The position numbers and the translations under genes are program-made. A stretch of 64,000 bases of DNA from Prorocentrum cordatum (lineage: Eukaryota), in NCBI GenBank assembly GCA_963575745.1, contig CAUYUJ010000114.1, positions 930,001 to 994,000 on the forward strand, written 5' to 3'. The notes beneath the pieces are model-generated. The model was not told where the DNA came from. It saw only the letters and a program-made list of their open reading frames with translations, and searched no databases. Positions 56,065-64,000 of the stretch are shown piece after piece (the first letter of the stretch is position 1; each line of letters starts with the position of its first letter).

Positions 56065-56312
56065 ACTTAGACTCACTCATACTCAGATTCGCTCATACAC
56101 AGACTTACTCATACACAGACTTACTCATACACAGACTCACTCATACTCAGACCTGATCACATTAACTTACTCATACTCAGACCTACTCATACCCAGACCT
56201 ACTCATACTCAGACTTACTCATACTCAGACTTCCTCCTTCTCCTCCTCCTTTTACTCAGAGTTCCTCATACACAGACTTACTCATACTCAGAATTACTCA
56301 TACTCAGACCTT
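56065..56312. repeat. Degenerate ~16-bp minisatellite (ACTCATACTCAGACTT); reverse-orientation relative at ~20330-20590
   Basis: Directly visible. Confidence 0.85.
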
Positions 56313-56349
56313 CTCATTGTCTGACTTATTCGATAAACAGCAGATTGCG

Positions 56350-57417
56350 AGGATGTCTCAGGCGGGGCGCTGTTTCAGCACCCCTAAGGGGAGCCGCCGA
56401 GGGGTGTTGCACGGTCCCGTTCGCGGCCGTTTTGTGGGGATGTCTCAGGCGGTTTGCCTGTTTGTCTTGCCAACATCCTTCGCTTTCGGAGCAGATTTGG
56501 AGGATGTCTCGAGCGATGCGCTCATTTTCACCCCCCAGGTGGGCCAGATTTTGAGGATGTCTCGATCGGTTTGCTTGTTTTGGTGGCCAGGCTCGTGGCC
56601 CTAAGGGGAGCCGCCAGGGGTGTTTGCACGGGCTCGTTCGCGGCCATTTTGTGGGGATGTCTCAGGCGGTTTGCTTGTTTCTGGGCCCAACATCCTTCGC
56701 TTTCGGAGCATATTTGGAGGATGTCTCGAGCGAGGCGCTCATTTTCACCCCCCAGGTGGGCCAGATTTTGAGGATGTCTCGATCGGTTTGCTTGTTTTGG
56801 TGGCCAGTCTCGTGGCCCTAAGGGGAGCCGCCAGGGGTGGTTGCACGGGCTCGTTCGCGGCCATTTTGCGGGGATGTCTCAGGCGGTTTGCTTGTTTCTG
56901 GGCTCAACATCCTTCGCTTTCGGAGCAGATTTGGAGGATGTCTCGAGCGAGGCGCTCATTCTCACCCCCCAGGTGGGCCAGATTTTGAGGATGTCTCGAT
57001 CGGTTTGCTTGTTTTGGTGGCCAGGCTCGTGGCCCTAAGGGGAGCCGCCTTGGGGTGTTGCACGGGCACGTTCGCGGCCATTTTGTGGGGATGTCTCAGG
57101 CGGTTTGCTTGTTTCTGTGCCCAACATCCTTCGCTTTCGGAGCAGATTTGGAGGATGTCTCGAGCGAGGCGCTCATTTTCACCCCCCAGGTGGGCCAGAC
57201 TTTGAGGAGGTCTCGATCGGTTTGCTTGTTTTGGTGGCCAGGCTCGTGGCCCTAAGGGGAGCCGCCAGGGGTGGTTGCACGGGCTCGTTCGCGGCCATTT
57301 TGTGGGGATGTCTCAGGCGGTTTGCTTGTTTCTGGGCCCAAAATCCTTCGCTTTCGGAGCAGATTTGGAGGATGTCTCGAGCGAGGCGTTAATTTTCACC
57401 CCCCAGGTGGGCCAGAC
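56350..57417. repeat. 217-bp tandem repeat, ~5 copies
   Basis: ccctaaggggagccgcc recurs at 56382, 56599, 56816, 57033 and 57250. Confidence 0.95.
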
Positions 57418-58206
57418 TCCAGGAGGCCCCAGGAGACCACATGAGGTACCAGGAGGCTTCAGGAGGCCACAGAAAGACTCAAGAGGCCACAGGATGTCCC
57501 AAGAGGCTCCAGGAGGCCCCAGGAAGCTCCAGAAGGCCTCAGGAAACCACAGGAGGCCCCAGGAGGCAACAGGAAGCGCCAGGAGGCCTCGGAAGGCAAC
57601 AGGAGGCCCGAGAGGCCCCATGAGCAGGAGGCCTCAGAAGGCAACAGGAGTGGCTCCAATCCCATGTGTTTTACGTATGCTCCTATCGATTGGGCCTCAC
57701 CTGGAGCACGATTCTTTGATGTTCACGTATGTTTCTATATATGGTCCTTCTCCTGTGTACACAATCCTAAATGTTTTACTCATGTTCCTATATATTGGGC
57801 CTCTCCTGGGGCACGAGTCCTTGGTGTTTTACGCGTGTTCCTATATATTGCCCTTCTCCTGTGGCTCTAATCCGCAATGTTTTATGTACGTCTGTTGCTA
57901 TAGATTGCGCCTCCCCTGGGGCACGAAACCTTCCTAGGAGGTCCCAGGAGGTCCCAAGAGACTCCTGGAGACCCCAGGAAGCCCCAGTAGGTTTCAGGAG
58001 GCCCCAGGAGGCCCCATGCTCATGCACAGAGACGCGCTCGTACCACTGAGGCTCATTCACACTCCAATTCATTCGCAGTTAGATTGATGTCCAGACCGTC
58101 ACAACTGAAGCCCGTTAATATTCGAAAGCTCTTGCGCCTAGACATTCACGGCGGACAGGTCCATGCGAGTAGATGCACATATGGGGAGCTCCACGCAGTG
58201 AATAAT

Positions 58207-59670
58207 TGTGTGTTGTGTGTTGTCTGTTGTCTGTTGTGTGTGGTGTTTGGTGTGTGGTGTGTGGTGTGTGTGTGGTGTGTGGTGTGTGGTGTGTGGTGTG
58301 TGGTGTGTGGTGTGGGTGGTGTGTGGTGTGTGGTGTGTGGTGCGTGTTGTATGTTGTGTGCTGTGTGTTGTGTGTTGTGTGTTGTGTGTGCGTGTGCGTG
58401 CGCGTCTGCGTGTGCGTGTGCGTGTGCGCGTGCGTGTGCGTGTGCGTGTGCGTGTGCGTGTGCGTGTGCGTGAGCATGTGTGTGTGCGTGTGTCTGTGTG
58501 CGTGGGTGTGTGCGTGGGTGTGTGTGTGTGTGTGCGTGTGTGCGTGTGTGGTGGTGTGATTGTGTGGTGTGTGTGTGTGGTGTGGGCCTGAGTGGTAGGT
58601 GTGTGGTGTGTGTGGTTGTGTGTGGTGTGTGTGGGTGTGTGGAATGTGTGTGCGTGTGCGTGTGCGTGGTGCGTGTGCGTGTGCGTGCGTTTGTGTGTGT
58701 GTGTGCTGAGTGTGTGTGTGTGTGTGCGTGTGTGTGTTGTGTGCGCCCCGGGTGTGTGTGCGTGTGTGTGTGTGAGTGTGCGTGTGCGTGTGTGGTGTGT
58801 GTGGAGTGTGTGCGTGTGCGTGTGGCGCGTGCCGTGTGCGTGTGCGCGTGGGGCATGTGCGTGTGCGCGTGCGTGTGCGTGTGCGCGTTGGCATGTGCGT
58901 GTGCGTGTGCGCTGCGTCTGCGTGTGCGTGGCGTGTGCGTGTGCGTTGGGGTGTGTGTGTGTTGTGTGTGGTGTGTGTGTGTGGTGTGTGTGGTGTGTGT
59001 GTGGTGTGTGTGGGGTGTTGTGTGTGTGTGTGTGTGCGGTGGTGTGTGGGTGTGTTGTTGTGTGTGTGTGATTTTGTGTGTGTGTGCGTGTGTGTGTGTG
59101 TGCGTGTGCTTGTGCGTGTGCGTGTGCGTTTTTGCGTGGGCGTGTGCGTGGGCGTGTGCCAGTGCTGTGCGCTTGCGTGTGCGTGTGCGGGTGCGGGTGC
59201 GGGTGCGGGTGCGGTGCGAATGCGGTGTGGTGATCGGTGCGGTGTTCGTGTGCGTGGCGCGTGCGGCGGGCGCGTGCGCGTTCGCGTGCGTGTGCGTGTG
59301 CGTGGGCGGGTGCGTGTGCGTGTGTTGTGTGTGTGGGTGCGGGTGCGGGTGCGGATGCGGGTGCGTATGCGTGTGCGTGTGCGTGTGCGTGTGCGTCTGC
59401 GTGTGCGCGTGCGTGTGCGTGTAAGCGTGCGCGTGCGCGTGCGTGTGCGTATGCGTGTGCGTGTGCGGGTGAGCGTGCGTGTGCGCGTGCGTGTTGCGCG
59501 TGCGCGTGCGCGTGCGCGTGCGCGTGCGTGTGCGCGTGCGCGTGTGCGCGTGTGTGGGTGTGTGGGTGTGTGGGTGTGTGTGTGTGTGTGTGCGTGTGCG
59601 TGTGCGTGTGCGTGTGCGTGCGTGTGCGTGTGTGCGTGTGTGCGTGTGTGCGTGTGTGTGTGTGTGTGTG
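58207..59670. repeat. GT-rich compound microsatellite field
   Basis: Directly visible. Confidence 0.97.
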
Positions 59671-59707
59671 TCCGTAGCCAGTTTGGCTCAAGCCATTTTG
59701 GCTCAAG
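59671..59707 (+). other. Genomic dinoflagellate spliced leader (DinoSL) copy followed by a relict SL
   Basis: TCCGTAGCCAGTTTGGCTCAAG (1 mismatch to DCCGTAGCCATTTTGGCTCAAG) is immediately followed by CCATTTTGGCTCAAG. Confidence 0.93.
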
Positions 59708-59803
59708 GTGGCTGAGGTGCTGCGAGGGCCGGGCGGCGCCGCGTCCCCCCCGCCCTTGGCCGCGCGGGGCGCGGCGGATGGGGCAGCGCGGGCGGGCCGA
59801 GCC

Positions 59804-60611
59804 ATGTCAGGCTTGCCCTGCGGGGCGGGCGCCGGCGCCCTGGCGCCGCCGCTCCCCCCCGTGTGGACCTTGGGCTGGCTGGCGGTGCCCATCCCCCCCG
59901 CCCCGGGGTGGTGGGGGCCGCCCGGCCCTGGAGGGCCAGTGGCAGCAGCGGCAGCGGCGGCAGCGGGCGGAGCGGCCGCTCTCCAGGCGGAGCGGCGGCG
60001 GCAGCGCCTGGCGGCTGTGCAGGGGCGGTGCTCGCGGAGCCCGCGGGCGTGGCCGGGCCCGGCGCTCGCGGAGCCCTCGGCGCCAGGCGACCTCGCCGGC
60101 CTGGCATCGGCGCCAGGCGACCTCGCCGGCCTGGCATCGGCGCCCGCGGCGCAGCCGGAGCCCGCACCGCCGCGCACGGCAGCAGGAGGCGCCGCCGGCG
60201 CCTGCGACGCCGCGCCTCCCGCCGTGGCTTCGGCGGGCGCGCGCGGCGGCGCCCCCCCGCCTGCATCCACCGCCTCCGCCGGCTGGGGGAGGAGAGGAGA
60301 GGAGGCCCTCGAGGCGCTGGGGGGGGGGCGAAGGGTACAGCTACGAGTGCAGCGAGGAGGAGGCGGCTGGCGCTCCGGCTCCTCCGGTGCCGGGGGGAGC
60401 GGACGGCGCTCCAGCTCCTCCGGCGCCCGAGGCGGCGACTCCAGCGCCCCCCGAGAAGGCGCCGCAGGCCCGAGAAGGCGCCGCAGGCAGCGGCGCCAGA
60501 GACCGGGGCCTCCGCCGGCGGCGGCGCAGGCGAGACCGTCGAGAGCGGCCGCAGATGCGCGCAGAGCTGGTAGCGGCGGCTCGGCGGGTCACCGGGCTGA
60601 GGGGCTACTGA
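59804..60611 (+). pseudogene. Apparently intronless retrocopy downstream of the SL pair; Ala/Pro/Gly-rich hypothetical protein with a probable frameshift in a G homopolymer near 60320-60328
   Basis: gccATG lies ~100 nt after the SL. It reads MSGLPCG...EEALEALGGG, then another frame gives EGYSYECSEEE...RAELVAAARRVTGLRGY*. Confidence 0.45.
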
Positions 60612-61267
60612 GCCGAGGTGGTCCCAGAGGGGGTCCACCTGAGTGGGTTCCGCGCCTGCGCGGCGGCTCCCAGGGAGCCGCGGGGGGCACATGTTGAAGA
60701 GGAGCCGGCCTCCATCCGTGAAACCGATTGCGAAGATATAAGACGAAGGCACGCGGCGCTGAGGCGAGAGCCACGCGTTGAAAACGAGCCGCCCTCCCGT
60801 CCGTACCGCTGCAAAGTTCAAGCTTCAGGATCAAAACTGGCACGGAAGGCTCAGGCGAAACGCCCGGCATGCCCTATACCCCTCTGGGGGCGCGACGGGG
60901 AGCAGTCCTCTGGAGGAAGGGAAGGGGTGAAGGAAAAGGGATGCAGGAGGAAGAGCAGGAGGAGGTGCAGGAGGAGGAGGAGGAGGAGGAACATCGAAGA
61001 ACTACATATCTGGACCTTCGGGGAGGAGGGGGGAATATCGAGGAGCTGTATCTCTGAACTTTCGGGGAGGAGGGGGGGTGCAGGAGGAGGAGGAGGAGGA
61101 GGAGGAAGATCGAGGAGCCACACATCTGGGCTTTCGGGGAGGAGGGGGAGGGGGAGGCTCGAGGTCGTGGGGCGTTCCCGGCCCATCCTCGGGCGCCCGA
61201 GCGCATGCGGCGATCCGGGGCCCCTGCTCCTGGGGATCCCCCCCTCGAGGTTTTTGCGCGCTGGCCT

Positions 61268-64000
61268 CCGCCGCCCGGAGCCCACCAGAGGCCGCTCCAG
61301 TCAAAAAACAAAACACTCGTACGATCCCAGACGCGATCGGGGGAGGGGGAGGGGGAGGGGGAGGAAGGGGTGGTGTATTATTTTTGGGCCCCCCCCACCG
61401 TCGGGGACGGAGGGACGGAAGGGCGTCGGCACCTCCCTGGGCCGCGTCTTGGTAGACAACACGCCGACGGACGTCTGGGGAGGGCCTCGCCGTCGCCGCC
61501 GTTGCTGCCACTGACGTCGCCACTATCGTCGTTCAGGAGGGAAAAACATGATGGACCCACGAACCCGGAAAGGGATATAGACATGTGGAGCACGGTCACG
61601 TTTTCACGATACCCAACTGGGCGACACCTCAAGAAACATCCCACGAGACACCCCGCGAAACATCCCACGAGACACCTCACGAAACATTCCACGAGACACC
61701 TCACGAAACATTCCACGCGACACCCCCGCCGCCCGGAGCCCACCAGAGGCCGCTCCAGTCAAAAAACAAAACACTCGTACGATCCCAGACGCGATCGGGG
61801 GAGGGGGAGGGGGAGGGGGAGGTGGTGGTGGTGTATTATTTTTGGGCCCCCCCCACCGTCGGGGACGGAGGGACGGAAGGGCGTCGGTACCTCCCTGGGC
61901 CGCGTCTTGGTAGACAACACGCCGACGGACGTCTGGGGAGGGCCTCGCCGTCGCCGCCGTTGCTGCCACTGACGTCGCCACCATCGTCGTTCAGGAGGGA
62001 AAAACATGATGGACCCACGAACCCGGAAAGGGATATAGACATGTGGAGCACGGTCACGTTTTCACGATACCCAACTGGGCGACACCTCAAGAAACATCCC
62101 ACGAGACACCCCGCGAAACATCCCACGAGACACCTCACGAAACATTCCACGAGACACCTCACGAAACATTCCACGCGACACCCCCGCCGCCCGGAGCCCA
62201 CCAGAGGCCGCTCCAGTCAAAAAACAAAGTCAAAAAACAAATATAATCGTACGATCCCAGCGCGATCGGGGGAGGGGGAGGGGGTAGGGGGAGGGTGGTG
62301 GTGGTGTATTATTTTGGGACCCCCCCACCGTTGGGGACGGAGGGGACGGAAGGGAGTCGGCACCTCCTGGGCCGCGTCTTGGCTAGACAACTCGCCGACG
62401 GAGTCTGGGGAGGGCCCCTCCCATCGCCCGCCGCGTTGCTTGCCACTGACGTCGCCACCATCGTCGTTCAGGAGGGAAAAACATGATGGACCCACGAACC
62501 CGGAAAGGGATATAGACATGTGGAGCACGGTCACGTTTTCACGATACCCAACTGGGCGACACTTCAAGAAACATCCCACGAGACACCCCGCGAAACATCC
62601 CACGAGACACCTCACGAAACATTCCACGAGACACCTCACGAAACATTCCACGCGACACCCCCGCCGCCCGGAGCCCACCAGAGGCCGCTCCAGTCAAAAA
62701 ACAAAACACTCGTACGATCCCAGACGCGATCGGGGGGGGGGGGGGGGGGGGAGGGGGAGGAGGTGGTGGTGGTTTTATTATTTTGGGCCCCCCCACCGTC
62801 GGACGGAGGACGGAAGGGCGTCTGGCACCTCCTGGGCGCGTCTTGGTAGACAACACGGACGCCGACGGGACGTCTTGGGGGTGGGGGAAGGGCATCGCCG
62901 TCCGCCGCCGCTTGCTGCCACTGACAGTCTCACCATCGTCGTTCGGAGGGAAAACATGATGACCACGATCCGAACCCGGAAAGGGGTCTACATGAAGCTG
63001 GAGCTCTGTCACGTTTCTCGATACCAACTGGGCAACACCTCATGAAACATCCCACGTGACACCCAGCGGAAACATCCACGAGGACACCTCACTCGAAACC
63101 ATTCCACGAGGACCCTTCACGAAACATTCCACGCGACACCCCCGCCGCCCGGAGCCCACCAGAGGCCGCTCCAGTCAAAAAACAAAACACTCGTACGATC
63201 CCAGACGCGATCGGGGGAGGGGGAGGGGGAGGGGGAGGTGGTGGTGGTGTATTAGTTTTGGGCCCCCCCCACCGTCGGGGACGGAGGGACGGAAGGGCGT
63301 CGGCACCTCCATGGGCCGCGTCTTGGTAGACAACACGCCGACGGACGTCTGGGGAGGGCCTCGCCATCGCCGCCGTTGCTGCCACTGACGTCGCCACCAT
63401 CGTCGTTCAGGAGGGAAAAACATGATGGACCCACGAACCCAGAAAGGGATATAGACATGTGGAGCACGGTCACGTTTTCACGATACCCAACTGGGCGACA
63501 CCTCAAGAAACATCCCACGAGACACCCCGCGAAACATCCCACGAGACACCTCACGAAACATTCCACGAGACACCTCACGAAACATTCCACGCGACACCCC
63601 CGCCGCCCGGAGCCCACCAGAGGCCCGCCCTACAGTCAACAAAAAAAACACTCGTACGATCCCCGCCGCGATGGGGGGTGGGGGTGGGGGTGGGGGAGGT
63701 GGTGGTGGTGTATTATTTTTGGGCCCCCCCCACCGTCGGGGACGGAGGGACGGAAGGGCGGTCGGCACCTCCTGAGGCCGCGTCTGGTAGACATACGCGA
63801 CGGAGTTGGGGATGAGGGCCTCGCCGTCGCCGACGTTGCTGCCACTGACGTCGCACCATCGTCGTTCAGGACGGGAAAAAATCTATTTGGACACACGAAA
63901 CCCGGGGAAAAGGGATATAGACATGTGGAGAGCCGGTCAGTCTTTTCACGATACCAACTGGGACACCTCAAGAACATTCCAACGAGAACCCCGCGCGAAA
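61268..64000. repeat. ~458-bp tandem repeat, at least 6 copies, running off the window; contains internal ~21-bp subrepeats (gaaacattccacgagacacctcac)
   Basis: ccgccgcccggagcccaccagaggcc recurs at ~61268, 61726, 62184, 62661, 63142 and 63600. Confidence 0.95.

Noticed and set aside
52077..56076. 1199-aa and 1220-aa His/Thr-rich minus-strand ORFs (and 710/611-aa ORFs at 58138-60611)
   Set aside because: These are translations of (GT)n/(GTGC)n microsatellite, which lacks stop codons in those frames. There is no protein-like complexity.
61610..61725. Short regularly repeated units (gaaacattccacgagacacctcac) resembling a CRISPR array
   Set aside because: They are directly tandem with no unique spacers, nested within a 458-bp satellite, in a eukaryotic context with no cas genes.

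Overview
Eukaryotic, GC-rich and repeat-dense DNA with clear dinoflagellate hallmarks: GC/GA splice donors with AG|G acceptors, and a DinoSL spliced-leader copy plus a relict. The standout is the 3' part of a very large Ty1/copia LTR retrotransposon at 1-~11.6 kb. Its RT-RNase H pol continues in the same reading frame for another ~8 kb (frame +1 from base 1 to 10731, only 4 internal stops, no frameshift). This extension carries cargo domains not expected in a copia element: an SGNH/GDSL-type hydrolase, a Tpt1/KptA NAD+-dependent RNA 2'-phosphotransferase with its catalytic Arg-His-Arg-Arg tetrad intact, zinc-binding motifs and a Trp/Tyr-rich tail. It is followed by a hairpin-rich 3'UTR, a polypurine tract and a probable 3' LTR. 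The rest of the window holds: a 9-exon host gene assembled by eye (340 aa, membrane-anchored, two Cys-rich repeats, 23382-33378); many TIR-bearing MITE-like elements with variable-length target duplications; a decayed LINE; an SL-tagged retrocopy; 217-bp and ~458-bp tandem arrays; and large simple-repeat fields that generate most of the spurious ORFs. All domain calls are motif recognition by eye; no database searches were run.
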